Origin: Candidatus Caldarchaeum sp.
GTDB taxonomy: Archaea; Thermoproteota; Nitrososphaeria_A; Caldarchaeales; Caldarchaeaceae
DNA length: 64,000 bases
Assembly: GCA_038844785.1 (NCBI GenBank)
Contig: JAWBRA010000005.1
Coordinates: forward strand, 1-64,000
Direction of reading: 5' to 3'
Shown one piece after another: positions 1-10,579 of this stretch (its first letter is position 1; every line of letters starts with the position of its first letter). The position numbers were made by a program, and so were the translations under genes. A model generated the notes under the pieces. The model was given only the letters and a program-made list of their open reading frames with translations. It did no database searches and was not told the origin of the DNA.

Positions 1-183
1 ATGGAACCTGAAGAGCCTAGACATACAACCAACGATATAATCGAAGACATGCATGAATGGGAGAGCTACACCTCAGGCCATAGGCCTTTCCCCTTTCCAA
101 AAGACTTAAGTAAAAGTTGACAGTGCCATGAAGGCTTCAACCCCTTAGGGTAGGTATTTAACAGTCCGTGAAACGTTAAACTT

Positions 184-798
184 GTGAAAACAGTGGTAAC
201 GGCTTTACCTGGTTCGGGGAAAACCACAACGCTGAAGAAGCTTGTCGAGATAATGCCCGATGTTAGGGTCGTCAACTTTGGCGACATCATGTTTGAGGAA
301 GCTGCCAGAAGCTATGGGATAGTTCATAGAGACGACATGCGGAGAATGCTGAGCTTGCCGGATTATCAGAAGCTTCAGCTAATGGCTGCTGAGAAGATAG
401 CTGTTATGGCGAACGTCGTGGTGGATACACACTCCGTGATTAAAACAAGCTCGGGCTACTATCCTGGGCTTCCTTCAGAAGTTGTAAAAATAATCAAGCC
501 AGACCTGATTGTTTACATAGAAAGCAGGCCCGAAGATATTGCTGAAAGAAGGATGAGGGACGACTTGGCTGGCGCCGGCCGTAAAAGGGAGGCTTCAACC
601 CTTGAGGAGATAATATTGGACCAGCAGGTTGGCAGACAGTTTGTTGTCGCGGCGGCTAACGCAGCCATGTGCTACTTGAAGATAATATCTCTAGACTATC
701 CTCAGACCTACCCTTTCCAGCATGCTGAAGACGCGGCCCGACAGATTGCTCAAGCGATAAACGAGGTTAGAAGAAGCATGGCTTTGAAGAAGGTTTAA
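184..798 (+). CDS. adkA: archaeal adenylate kinase
   Basis: P-loop ALPGSGKTT, VNFGDIM, RDDMR, VDTH and GYYPGLP motifs of archaeal-type Adk. Confidence 0.9.
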   Translation: MKTVVTALPGSGKTTTLKKLVEIMPDVRVVNFGDIMFEEAARSYGIVHRDDMRRMLSLPDYQKLQLMAAEKIAVMANVVVDTHSVIKTSSGYYPGLPSEVVKIIKPDLIVYIESRPEDIAERRMRDDLAGAGRKREASTLEEIILDQQVGRQFVVAAANAAMCYLKIISLDYPQTYPFQHAEDAARQIAQAINEVRRSMALKKV

Positions 799-1580
799 TC
801 CTCCACGGTTTTTCTCGCCGTAACTATGTAGGCTGTATGGCCTCTCATCAAGAACTCTGGGCGGGTCATGCCTCTTTTAACCCTTATGCTTCTCATTAAA
901 ATCTCTACGCAGGAGAGGTCTCCGAACCCAGCTTTCTCTAAAGCCTCGAAGGTTTGGACAACCTGCTCCACCGTTGGGCTGAGGGACACCCAAACCCCGC
1001 TGGGCCTCAAGGCCTCACGGCAGGCTTCGACAGCGGCCCACGGCTCAGGCAGGTCTATTATCGCTGAGTCCAGGTTTTTCTCCTCTACGCCATGGCTTAC
1101 ATCGCCTTGTTTCAGCTCTACGTATTCGGACAAACCCAGCTGCCTCAGCCGGACCGTAACCGCTTCAAGATAATCTGATTTGACGTCATAGCTGTAGACT
1201 TTCCCCGTCGGCCTGACGAGGTAGGCGAGCATTGTTGTGAGAACCCCTGTCCCAGTGCCAGCCTCTAAAACACGGCTTCCCGGCCCTATCCCCGAGGATA
1301 CAACGATGTATCCAAGGTCTTTAGGGTAGACTATTTGTGTCGTCCTCGGGAAAAACAGAACTCTGTCGAGGATTGTGGGCTTGAAGATATTCCATCGCGA
1401 GCCTATGTTGCTGACTACGGAGCATCCGTACGGCTTGCCCACCAACGTTGATGTGTCTATGAATCCTTCGCTGCTGTGAAACTTCTTACCAGACCTTACC
1501 TGGACTAGGTATCTTTTCTTTTTCTCCGTAACTATCAAGACCCTGTCGGCTTCTCTGATGATGTTTTCGTCTTCTGTCAT
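795..1580 (-). CDS. trmI: tRNA (adenine-57/58-N1)-methyltransferase TrmI
   Basis: TQIVYPKD, EAGTGTG SAM motif, DLPEPW, SPTVEQV, RP...HTAY. Confidence 0.92.
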   Translation of the reverse strand: MTEDENIIREADRVLIVTEKKKRYLVQVRSGKKFHSSEGFIDTSTLVGKPYGCSVVSNIGSRWNIFKPTILDRVLFFPRTTQIVYPKDLGYIVVSSGIGPGSRVLEAGTGTGVLTTMLAYLVRPTGKVYSYDVKSDYLEAVTVRLRQLGLSEYVELKQGDVSHGVEEKNLDSAIIDLPEPWAAVEACREALRPSGVWVSLSPTVEQVVQTFEALEKAGFGDLSCVEILMRSIRVKRGMTRPEFLMRGHTAYIVTARKTVED

Positions 1581-1725
1581 GCCTGTTTAAGGTTAAGAGC
1601 AGCCCATTGATATGTGTATGCTGCGGCAGTGATGTCTCAGAGTTATGAGGATGGTATGACAGGGAGGCATTTGACTGAGCCGCATCCGTAAAAGCTTATC
1701 TTCGAGCAGGTTTTTTGGGAATCGG

Positions 1726-4332
1726 TTGAGAAGAGGGGCTGCAGCGTATCTTGCTCTGGTTTTCTTAGCGATTTTCCCCCCGCCCCTAAACCTGCTTTTC
1801 GCTGAACATGAAATAACCATACCCATAATCTCCGCAGAAGACCATACACTGTTTCAAACAGCGGGTAGAAGCATCGGCTTGATAGGTTCTTGGGCAAAAG
1901 CCACCCTCAACGTCTACATTCATCCCTCAGGCTCGGAGGTTTTCGATGCCGTGGCGAGGCGAGGTGTGGAAGTATGGTATGGAAGCATAAGAGGGTTTAC
2001 GAACGAGTATGGATACGTTTATCTTCTAAAGCTTAGGTACAGCTTTGTTTTGAGAGATGTCGACGCTGACGTTTCCATAGCATATGTTGAGACTTTAGGC
2101 GGTAGTGTGTGCGGGCTGACGACCTTGAGGTTCAACAGCATCACACGGGCTATATCAGGGGCCACAATACAGATATCCAAAACATGTGTGGGCAACAGCG
2201 CTTCTCTGGCATACAAAGTTGTAGCCCATGAATACGGTCACGCACTAGGCCTCGACCACTCAACATACAGCGCGGACCTAATGTACGAGTACGTTAACAT
2301 AGCCGACCTGCCCTCTACGTTAAACATATACGCCCTTGCTGTTGCGTATGCGTGGCTCGAAGGCTCCTCCTTCACGTCTCCAAGCCAGTCCACGGTCTTC
2401 CTGCCCGACAACATAGTATACAAGTATGTTTCTCCGCTGCCGGAGATTTTGAGGGTGCGTGTCATCGCCGAGTCTGAATTAGGCCGAACCCTATTGCATA
2501 CTCAACAGATGTTTTACGGCTCTGTTTTCAGGTTTGATGCAAGCCCTGTTATCGACTTTGGAAACGGCAGCAAGCTTTTGTTTGAAGGATGGTACGTCAA
2601 CGGATTAAGGGTTTCAGATTCTACCTCTTTGGAGCATCTTGTCATCTCCGACGCAGACCTCGTCGCACGCTATGGCGTTTACTATCAGGTGAAACTGGTA
2701 AGGCTGGGACAGGCTGCCGAAGAATGGGTCAGACGCGGGCAGCCCATCCTCTTTGAAACCCCTGAGATAATTCCTGTTTCACAGGATGAACGGCTGAAGT
2801 TCGTGAGATGGAGCGACGGAAGTATTGAGGCTAGGAGAAGCGTTACCGTAACTTCTCCCGTGACCCTTGAAGCTTATTACCAAAAGGAGTACAGGGTGAA
2901 GGTTGTTTCGGATTTCGAGGTGCTGCAGGGCGGAGGATGGTATGCGGAAGGCTCCACCGTCATCATAAAAGTTCTTCAGGATAAGGTGGTTGTAGGCGAG
3001 GGAGTGAGATACAGGATTGAGTCCCTGAACATAACCACCTCTTACAGACAGGTTGGCGAAGGCTTATACGAGTTCGTCTTAACAGAGCCGGCGACCGTGA
3101 CAGCAACCTGGGTTAAAGAGTTTCACGTACTTGTGAAAAGCAGCCACGGCAAACACGTTCTTTTAGACGAATGGGTTCGAGAGGGGCAGCTGGTCAACGT
3201 CGAGGCGGCTTCCGACATCGTTTGGGAGAACGGGACGAAAGCGGTGTTCAACAACTGGATAGGGCTAGACCAAACGTCGGCCAGAATATCCATTTTCATC
3301 AACTCACCCCTCTACGCAGAGGCACGGTACCAGGTTCTTTACTACGTGGCAGTCGAGTCAGACAAGCCTGTCAACACAAAATCGGGTTGGTATGAAAGGG
3401 GTGGAAAAATCATTTTGGACGCAGGGCCTGTCATCCGAGAAGTTGGGAAAGGGCTGCGCTACAGGTTTGTTGGATGGCTGGGGCTTGGGCCGCAGCCAGT
3501 GCAAACGTTTCAAGTCAACGCGCCTACCGTGCTGGAAGCCGAATGGAGGTACGAGGCCCTGATAACGGTTCAAAAACTTTTCCAGACAGAGTTTGTCTGG
3601 TGGCAGGTGGGCGAAAAGCTGACGGTTGAAGCGGAGCCCATGATACAGAAGGAGCCGGGCAGACGTTTTGTTTTCCTCTACTGGGAAGGTGTGAACGGCT
3701 CTGTGCAGGAGTCTAAGGTTGAGGTTTTGGCGGACGGCTCCAAGACTTTAAACGCTGTCTACCGGGAGGAGGTGCTGATAGAGCCCCGCTTCACATCCGT
3801 TGACGGCGAGCCTGTACAGGCGTTCGCCGACGTAGCTCTCCAAGACGGGGGCATGATACTGCTTTACCAGTCATCACCGACGTGGATGCCCGTTGGAAGA
3901 CATAGGCTAGCCACAGTATACTTTAAGCAGGTGGACGTGAAAACCAGCGAGGAGCTCTCGGTGCAAGACCCCGGCCTTGTGGAGATACCTGTGCAGGTTC
4001 GCAACCTCGTTGTTAAGGTCTCAGATTACTTTGGAGTTCCATTTGTTGGTTCCAAGATCTGGCTTGAGAACGGGGAGGCTGTTGAGGCCGTGGCCGAGGT
4101 GGGCCAGAAGGGGCAGGCAGTTTTCCCACAGGTTACGTTCAAAGCCAGGAAGGCAGTTCTCCGCTCTCAGCTCTTCACATACGAGTTCGAAATATCCCCT
4201 GAATACGGGCTGGCGGTGGTGGTTCTTCCAGCAACGCCTTTCACAGCCTTGTCAATAGCCTCGATCGCGTTAGCGACGGCTCTTCTATTGATAAAACATA
4301 AAGGATCAGGTTTTAGACGTATTACAGCTTGA
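1726..4332 (+). CDS. membrane-anchored secreted metzincin (matrixin-like) protease with tandem beta-repeat stalk
   Basis: N-terminal signal peptide; HEYGHALGLDH zinc motif followed by Met-turn (DLMY); about 6 degenerate ~75-aa repeats (Y.V.V....W...G..V...F..W); C-terminal TM helix plus basic tail. Confidence 0.8.
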   Translation: MRRGAAAYLALVFLAIFPPPLNLLFAEHEITIPIISAEDHTLFQTAGRSIGLIGSWAKATLNVYIHPSGSEVFDAVARRGVEVWYGSIRGFTNEYGYVYLLKLRYSFVLRDVDADVSIAYVETLGGSVCGLTTLRFNSITRAISGATIQISKTCVGNSASLAYKVVAHEYGHALGLDHSTYSADLMYEYVNIADLPSTLNIYALAVAYAWLEGSSFTSPSQSTVFLPDNIVYKYVSPLPEILRVRVIAESELGRTLLHTQQMFYGSVFRFDASPVIDFGNGSKLLFEGWYVNGLRVSDSTSLEHLVISDADLVARYGVYYQVKLVRLGQAAEEWVRRGQPILFETPEIIPVSQDERLKFVRWSDGSIEARRSVTVTSPVTLEAYYQKEYRVKVVSDFEVLQGGGWYAEGSTVIIKVLQDKVVVGEGVRYRIESLNITTSYRQVGEGLYEFVLTEPATVTATWVKEFHVLVKSSHGKHVLLDEWVREGQLVNVEAASDIVWENGTKAVFNNWIGLDQTSARISIFINSPLYAEARYQVLYYVAVESDKPVNTKSGWYERGGKIILDAGPVIREVGKGLRYRFVGWLGLGPQPVQTFQVNAPTVLEAEWRYEALITVQKLFQTEFVWWQVGEKLTVEAEPMIQKEPGRRFVFLYWEGVNGSVQESKVEVLADGSKTLNAVYREEVLIEPRFTSVDGEPVQAFADVALQDGGMILLYQSSPTWMPVGRHRLATVYFKQVDVKTSEELSVQDPGLVEIPVQVRNLVVKVSDYFGVPFVGSKIWLENGEAVEAVAEVGQKGQAVFPQVTFKARKAVLRSQLFTYEFEISPEYGLAVVVLPATPFTALSIASIALATALLLIKHKGSGFRRITA

Positions 4333-5414
4333 CAGGAAACATATTGGGAGAAAGGTTTGTTGTGGTCAGCTTCGGAGAGAGCCATGGCAGATGCGTTGGA
4401 GCCTTGGTGGACGGATGCCCACCCGGCCTCGAGCTCTCCGAGGAAGACATCCAGGCAGACCTAGACCGGCGCAGGCCAGGCCAGTCCCTCGTAACCACCT
4501 CGAGATCGGAAGAAGACAGAGTTGAAATACTCACGGGCGTGTTCGAGGGTTACACGACAGGCGCGCCCATCCTTATGCTGGTATGGAACAAGGACGTGGA
4601 TTCAAGCCCATACCGAAAGTTGTTGAACACACCTCGGCCGGGCCACGCCGACTATCCAGCAACGGTAAAGTACCGGGGTTTCAGCGACTGGAGAGGAGGG
4701 GGGCGTTTCTCAGGCAGGATCACAGCCGGCTACGTTATGGCGGGGGCTGTCGCGAAAAAACTGCTCCACAAAACCTTGGGTGTAGAGGTGCTTGCCTACT
4801 CGCTTGAAATAGGCGGCGTCAGATGTCCACCGGTTTCAATTGAAGAGATAAGGGCGAACAGGTACAGCAACGAGGTTAGATGCCCCGACCTAGAAACCGC
4901 TGAGGAGATGAGGAAAGTAATCCTTGAAGCCAGGAGAAACGGCGACAGCGTCGGCGGCGTAGTCGAATGCATAGCGTTGAACGTGCCGGCGGGGGTTGGC
5001 GAGCCTGTTTTCAGCTCTCTCGACTCCGACCTCAGCCGAGCTCTTTTCTCTATCCCAGCTGTCAAGGGTGTGGAGTTTGGCAGGGGTTTTGAAAGCACTA
5101 GGCTGAGGGGGTCTGAGAACAACGATGCTTTCACAATCTCCGATGGCGTTGTCAAGACTTTGACAAACAACGCGGGCGGAATACTGGGCGGGCTTTCAAC
5201 AGGAATGCCTATTCAGGTAAGGGTTGCGTTCAAACCGGCATCCTCAATATCCAGACCCCAGAAAACAGTTGACCTAGCAAAGATGGAGGAGACCGAGATA
5301 GTTGTTCCCGGAAGACATGACCCTTCGGTAGTTCCGAGGGCGGTGGTGGTTGTCGAGGCTGTTGTGGCCATCGTTCTGGCCGACCATGTTTTACGCGCCG
5401 GGTTGGTGAGATGA
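4329..5414 (+). CDS. aroC: chorismate synthase
   Basis: FGESHG, RRRPGQS, PRPGHAD, GGGRFSGR, NNAGGILGG, GRHDP. Confidence 0.96.
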   Translation: MTGNILGERFVVVSFGESHGRCVGALVDGCPPGLELSEEDIQADLDRRRPGQSLVTTSRSEEDRVEILTGVFEGYTTGAPILMLVWNKDVDSSPYRKLLNTPRPGHADYPATVKYRGFSDWRGGGRFSGRITAGYVMAGAVAKKLLHKTLGVEVLAYSLEIGGVRCPPVSIEEIRANRYSNEVRCPDLETAEEMRKVILEARRNGDSVGGVVECIALNVPAGVGEPVFSSLDSDLSRALFSIPAVKGVEFGRGFESTRLRGSENNDAFTISDGVVKTLTNNAGGILGGLSTGMPIQVRVAFKPASSISRPQKTVDLAKMEETEIVVPGRHDPSVVPRAVVVVEAVVAIVLADHVLRAGLVR

Positions 5415-5460
5415 TTGGTAGCTGGAAAACATATTATTAACGCCTGAACGACCTCGAGCC

Positions 5461-5769
5461 ATGGCTTCTGAGGAATACCGTCTGCTTAACGACGTGGAGT
5501 TGGAGGAGGCGTTGAGGAAGCTGGGCTCGGGCTGGGTTTTGAAGGAAGGTAAGCTGTACAAGAAGTTTGTTTTCAACGACTTTGTGGAATGCTTTGGTTT
5601 CATGGCGAAAGTTGCTCTTGAGGCTGAGAAACTCCAGCATCATCCTGAATGGTTCAACGTCTACAACGTCGTCGAGGTTTGGCTCATGACACACGACCTT
5701 GGGGGAGTAAGCACCTACGACCTGAAGCTCGCCAGCACAATAGAACGGCTTGCTAAGCAACGCCATTGA
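5461..5769 (+). CDS. pterin-4a-carbinolamine dehydratase
   Basis: AEKLQHHPEWFNVYN..V.L.THD.GG motif. Confidence 0.9.
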   Translation: MASEEYRLLNDVELEEALRKLGSGWVLKEGKLYKKFVFNDFVECFGFMAKVALEAEKLQHHPEWFNVYNVVEVWLMTHDLGGVSTYDLKLASTIERLAKQRH

Positions 5770-6766
5770 CGTTTTTGCTGGCTATGTTTATCGCCGCCTC
5801 CGCTATATCCTCAGCGTACTCAGCTATCCTTCTCAAGCTCCCTAAAACTGTCAACATTGTAGCTTGGCTTTCCGGCTTTTCTCTCCTCTTAGATGGCTGG
5901 CTCTGAAGCTGTTCAACCTTCGCCGCAACCTTTTCAGCCAGCGTTAAAGTCTCGTTTGCTTTTTTCATGCTAAGCTCCAGAAGCGCCGCTAGGGATGATT
6001 TGAAAACAGCTACCACATCTTGGCTAATGCCTAAAATTTTTTCAGACTCATCTAAGTCATCGCTCATAATTAAGGTTCTCTCACAGATGTTTACAGCATG
6101 ATCCGCTGCTCTTTCAATGTTTTTCGCAACCAAAACGTATGCGATACATTCAGCAGGGTCATCGAGCTGAAGCGATTTTAAGATAGAATAGTCTTTGACT
6201 GCTACATTTAGCTGTCTTGTTACGAAGTGGTAAAACCTGTCAACCTCGTCGTCTCTGTTGACAACTTCTTCGGCTAAAGACTTGTTAACCTCAACGATTG
6301 AGTCAACAGCGTCAACCACCATGTTGGTTGTTATGCTGCCCATTCTCTCTATGGAAAGCCTGACGGGTAGTTTATCATGCATCGGCAGGCACTGCGCTAA
6401 AATCTCAGTGGATGATTCCTCAATTATCTCCACGCCGACAAGCCAGCGTCTTATCCTCTCCTTCAAAAAACCTATTGTCTGCGGAGAGTGTTCTGGAAAA
6501 GAAACGCGGATTTTGCTGTATCCTTCAAGATACTTTGAGAAGAAAAGCCTAGCTACCTCTGCCGGAGTGTCGGATTTTCCAGCGTATATCTCGGCTTGCG
6601 ACAGCTTTTCATCGGAGTCGACCGAGATTATCAGCTTGCTTGACAGCGGTATCAATTTCACGCGGTCAAATTTTTTTAGGTTGTTAGCCGTCACCCACTC
6701 CCTCGGCAGGGAAACTATGAACGTGGATTTCCCAGTCTGCTGTATGCGCCTTATGCATGCCTGCAT
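5753..6766 (-). CDS. archaeal phosphate-uptake regulator (AbrB-like N-terminus + PhoU domains)
   Basis: RRIQQTGKSTFIVSLPREW AbrB-type motif; DDEVDRFY, ERAADHAVNI, RRIAEYAEDIAE PhoU repeats; divergent from pst operon. Confidence 0.88.
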   Translation of the reverse strand: MQACIRRIQQTGKSTFIVSLPREWVTANNLKKFDRVKLIPLSSKLIISVDSDEKLSQAEIYAGKSDTPAEVARLFFSKYLEGYSKIRVSFPEHSPQTIGFLKERIRRWLVGVEIIEESSTEILAQCLPMHDKLPVRLSIERMGSITTNMVVDAVDSIVEVNKSLAEEVVNRDDEVDRFYHFVTRQLNVAVKDYSILKSLQLDDPAECIAYVLVAKNIERAADHAVNICERTLIMSDDLDESEKILGISQDVVAVFKSSLAALLELSMKKANETLTLAEKVAAKVEQLQSQPSKRREKPESQATMLTVLGSLRRIAEYAEDIAEAAINIASKNVNGVA

Positions 6767-6780
6767 CGGGTTAAATTTGA

Positions 6781-6835
6781 ATATAGATGTATATAGAGTT
6801 TAGGTGTCAAAATATTTTCGGCGGCTCATCTATAT
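6781..6835. promoter_or_regulatory. candidate operator repeats between phoU-regulator and pstS
   Basis: ATATAGA direct repeat at 6781 and 6791 (10-bp period); CATCTATAT at 6827-6835 is the exact inverse of 6781-6789. Confidence 0.4.
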
Positions 6836-6863
6836 ATCCCCGGAAAAAAGACCGTTTATCGCC

Positions 6864-7940
6864 ATGAAACCGAGTAAAGCCGTATCTTCTACGCTGTTGG
6901 TCAGCACCATCCTTTCGCTGGTTGTCGGCCTAGCGGCTGGGGCTTTCCTAAGCCCTTTGCTAGACACATCGTCGCAGACAAAGACTGTGACAACCATTTT
7001 CACTACCACGGTAGCGGTGGGAGATTCCTTGGCGGAATTGTCGGGTGAAATAGTTGTTGACGGCTCCAGCACCGTTTATCCGATGACTGAAGCGGCTGCA
7101 ACAGCATTCATGCAGAAACACCCAAAGGTCTCCATATCGGTCGGAATCTCAGGGACCGGCGGCGGGTTCAAACGTTTCGTCGTCGGCGAGACCGACATAA
7201 ACGATGCTTCCCGACCCATTCTAAAAGCTGAGCATGAAACGGCTGTAAAAAACGGCGTTGCGTGGATTGAGATTCCCGTTGCTATAGATGCTTTGGTGGT
7301 TGTCGTTAACCGGGAAAACAACTGGGTTGACTGCATAACCATCTCGGAGCTTAAGAAGATATGGGAGCCCAACAGCAACGTCAGGCTTTGGAGCGACATA
7401 AGACCTGACTGGCCGGCCCAACCCATCAAGCTCTACGGCCCAGGGCCTGACTCAGGGACCTTCGACTACTTCACCGAAAGAGTTGTCGGCAAAACTAAGG
7501 CAAGCAGAACGGACTACGTTGCTTCAGAGGATGACAACGTGCTCGTTGCAGGGGTTGAGTTGGAGAAGTATGCCCTTGGTTACTTCGGCTACGCATACTA
7601 CCCTGAAGCAAAGGACAAGATAAGGCCGCTGTCGGTTAAGGATGACAGGGCCGGCGGCCAGTGCGTCGAACCCAACGACGAGACAGCAAGCACCTTCACC
7701 TACCCGTTGTCACGCCCCCTCTTCATCTACGTTAACAGGAAGGCATGGGAGCAAAAACCGCACCTGAGAGAGTTTGTGCTGTTTTACGTGCAGAATGGGG
7801 CAAGATTCGCCAAACAGGTGTCGTACACACCTCTGCCCGACCACTACTACGCAAAAGCCTATGTACTGCTGAGTGCAGGCGTATTCGACGGGCTCTATGA
7901 GCTGACATTCCTTAAAAACAGGAATGCAGGCCCACATTAG
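6864..7940 (+). CDS. pstS: phosphate ABC transporter substrate-binding protein
   Basis: DGSSTVYP, SGTGGGFKRF, SGTFDYF, YPLSRPLFIY; N-terminal TM and Thr-rich linker; start taken at ATG 6864. Confidence 0.93.
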   Translation: MKPSKAVSSTLLVSTILSLVVGLAAGAFLSPLLDTSSQTKTVTTIFTTTVAVGDSLAELSGEIVVDGSSTVYPMTEAAATAFMQKHPKVSISVGISGTGGGFKRFVVGETDINDASRPILKAEHETAVKNGVAWIEIPVAIDALVVVVNRENNWVDCITISELKKIWEPNSNVRLWSDIRPDWPAQPIKLYGPGPDSGTFDYFTERVVGKTKASRTDYVASEDDNVLVAGVELEKYALGYFGYAYYPEAKDKIRPLSVKDDRAGGQCVEPNDETASTFTYPLSRPLFIYVNRKAWEQKPHLREFVLFYVQNGARFAKQVSYTPLPDHYYAKAYVLLSAGVFDGLYELTFLKNRNAGPH

Positions 7941-7948
7941 GAGAAAAG

Positions 7949-8869
7949 ATGTCAACAGTTTTCAGCCCCTCATTACTCCAGAGCGTGAGAAAGAGACAGC
8001 GGAACACCAAAATAGTAAACACCATTTTTTTGCTCGCTTCATCGATAGCTTTTCTCACTATTGTCATAATCGTAGGCTCCCTGCTGCTTGAGTCAAGCAT
8101 CTTTTTTGGACATGTCTCGCCTACTGAGTTCTTTACGGGAACTGAGTGGACAGTCCTGTTCGCTGAGAAAAAGTTCGGCGTTCTGCCTCTCGTGACGGCG
8201 ACAGCCCTAACCTCAGCCATCGCCTTAATCGTCGCTGTCCCCGCGGGACTTGCTATAGCGATTTACTTGAGCGAGTATGCGCCGCCGTCGGTGAGAAGAC
8301 CTGTCAAAAGCATAGTGGAGCTACTGGCGGGGGTGCCTACTGTTGTTTACGGGTACTTCGCCCTATACTTTATTTCGCCCAACCTTTTGAAGCCGTTTAT
8401 CCCCAACTTAGGTATACACAGCGCCCTGGCAGTTGGGTTGATGATAGGTGTCCTCATCATTCCCATAGTCTCCTCCTTGAGCGAGGATGCGTTATACTCC
8501 GTCCCCGAAGACTTTCGTCTCGCGGCCTACGCCCTTGGCTCGAGGAAGATAGACGTGGTTTTCCGAATAGTTCTGCCCGCAGCTTTGTCGGGGATATTCG
8601 CATCTATAATTCTCGCCTTCACACGGGCTATGGGTGAGACAATGATAGCTGCCATCGCCGGAGGGTTCAGAGTGATTTACAGCTTCGACCCACGTGAATC
8701 GATGGAAACCATGACAGCCTTCATAGCCCAAGTTTCCACAGGAGACGCCCCCCACGGAACAGTTGAATACCAGTCCATTTTCGCGGTAGGTCTTCTACTG
8801 TTTGTGATCACTATGGCTTTCAACCTTGTGGCTATAGCTGTTGTTAGGAGGTGGCAGATACGGTATTGA
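7949..8869 (+). CDS. pstC: phosphate ABC transporter permease PstC
   Basis: ELLAGVPTVVYG, RAMGETM; position in operon. Confidence 0.93.
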   Translation: MSTVFSPSLLQSVRKRQRNTKIVNTIFLLASSIAFLTIVIIVGSLLLESSIFFGHVSPTEFFTGTEWTVLFAEKKFGVLPLVTATALTSAIALIVAVPAGLAIAIYLSEYAPPSVRRPVKSIVELLAGVPTVVYGYFALYFISPNLLKPFIPNLGIHSALAVGLMIGVLIIPIVSSLSEDALYSVPEDFRLAAYALGSRKIDVVFRIVLPAALSGIFASIILAFTRAMGETMIAAIAGGFRVIYSFDPRESMETMTAFIAQVSTGDAPHGTVEYQSIFAVGLLLFVITMAFNLVAIAVVRRWQIRY

Positions 8870-9744
8870 ACAAGGCGGCTGTCTTTATAAGGGTTGACAG
8901 GTTTAGGAAGCTTCTCGATAGCTTGGCTCCAGCATTCCTCTCTCTAGGTGTTTTCCTAGGCGTTGCGACTGTCGCCTCACTACTCGCGACAGTCGTTTCA
9001 ACAGGCTGGCACAGGCTCTCATGGAACCTCCTCACAGAATATCCATCTCCAGACCCCAACCAAGCCGGCATGAGGTCTGCTTTTCTAGGAAGCCTGTGGA
9101 CCGTAGGACTTTCAGCTTTAATCTGCGTTCCACTTGGGATAGCTGCCGCACTTTATCTCACGGAGTGGTCGGAGAACAAGCTTCTTAGACGTTTTCTCGA
9201 GTTCAACATAGCTAACCTGGCCGGAGTTCCCTCAGTAGTCTTCGGGCTGGTGGGGTTGAGCGTCCTAACTTACGGGCTTGGATGGGGTAGGTCTATCATA
9301 GCTGGTGCTTTCACTTTAGCGGTCATGACCCTTCCGCTTGTGACGGTTTCCGCCGCCGAGGCTGTCAAAACAGTTCCGGAGGCTTTGAAGCATGGAGCCT
9401 ATGCCCTTGGGGCGACGAAGCTTCAGGTAACCCGGTATATAATCCTGCCACGCGCTCTTCCGATGATGATGACAGGCGCCATCCTAGCCATCTCCCGTGC
9501 GATAGGCGAGGCCGCACCCATCCTCGTGATAAGCGGGTTGTTGTTCATCAGGCAAGACCCCTCCAGCATCTTCGACAAGTTTACCGTCATGCCTCTTCAA
9601 ATCTATAACTGGGTGAGCAGGCCGCAGGCGGCCTTCAGAGAGCTCTCCTCAGCCGCCATCCTAGTTCTTCTGATCCTCCTCCTAGCTTTCAACGCAACGG
9701 CTATCGTTTTACGTTACAGGTATCAAAAGAGGGTGACGTTATAA
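8851..9744 (+). CDS. pstA: phosphate ABC transporter permease PstA
   Basis: NLAGVPSVVFGL, SRAIGEAAP. Confidence 0.93.
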   Translation: MADTVLNKAAVFIRVDRFRKLLDSLAPAFLSLGVFLGVATVASLLATVVSTGWHRLSWNLLTEYPSPDPNQAGMRSAFLGSLWTVGLSALICVPLGIAAALYLTEWSENKLLRRFLEFNIANLAGVPSVVFGLVGLSVLTYGLGWGRSIIAGAFTLAVMTLPLVTVSAAEAVKTVPEALKHGAYALGATKLQVTRYIILPRALPMMMTGAILAISRAIGEAAPILVISGLLFIRQDPSSIFDKFTVMPLQIYNWVSRPQAAFRELSSAAILVLLILLLAFNATAIVLRYRYQKRVTL

Positions 9745-10572
9745 ATGGGTTGGTTGAAGGAGTTGGTGGCTGAAAAAGAAGCAGCCATGATTCAAGATGA
9801 CCGCGTGGTCGTTGAAACAGTAAACCTCTCCGTCAGATACGGTAAACGCTACGCCATCGGAGACATTAACTTGAAGTTTGAAAGAAACAAGATCACGGCT
9901 ATAATAGGGCCCTCGGGATGCGGTAAGTCAACTCTCCTTAGATGCATAAACCGTATGAACGACCTCATCCCAGACGCCCGCGTGGAAGGAAAAGTGCTTT
10001 ACAGAGGCGTTGATATATACTCTCCAGGAATAGACCCCGTTGCTGTTAGGTCTGTCATAGGCATGGTTTTCCAAAGACCCAACCCCTTCCCCATATCTAT
10101 CTTCGACAACGTTGCCTTCGGTCTGAGGGTGAACGGTGTCAAGCTTTCGAAGCAAGAGCTCAAAGAGAAAGTGAGAGATGCTCTGGAGAAAGCAGCTTTA
10201 TGGGATGAGGTGAGCGACAGGCTTGACGCACCGGCTTACTCGCTTTCCGGAGGACAGCAGCAAAGGCTTTGCATAGCCAGGGCGCTGGCGGTAGACCCCG
10301 AGGTCATACTGCTCGACGAGCCGACAGTCTCCCTAGACCCTATCTCCACGGCAAAGATAGAGCAGCTTCTCCGCAACATCTCAAGCAGCTACACAATAAT
10401 CATCGTAACCCACAACATGCTGCAGGCTGCAAGAGTCTCAGACTACACGGCTGTCCTCATGCCCGACGAAAACATGGTCGGCAGACTGATAGAGTTCGGG
10501 CCGACGAAGGAGATATTCACGAACCCGCGTGACAGGAGGACAGAAGACTACATATCTGGAAGGGTGGGTTGA
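9745..10572 (+). CDS. pstB: phosphate ABC transporter ATPase
   Basis: [43 protein letters not shown]. Confidence 0.95.
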   Translation: MGWLKELVAEKEAAMIQDDRVVVETVNLSVRYGKRYAIGDINLKFERNKITAIIGPSGCGKSTLLRCINRMNDLIPDARVEGKVLYRGVDIYSPGIDPVAVRSVIGMVFQRPNPFPISIFDNVAFGLRVNGVKLSKQELKEKVRDALEKAALWDEVSDRLDAPAYSLSGGQQQRLCIARALAVDPEVILLDEPTVSLDPISTAKIEQLLRNISSSYTIIIVTHNMLQAARVSDYTAVLMPDENMVGRLIEFGPTKEIFTNPRDRRTEDYISGRVG

Positions 10573-10579
10573 GAAAGGT

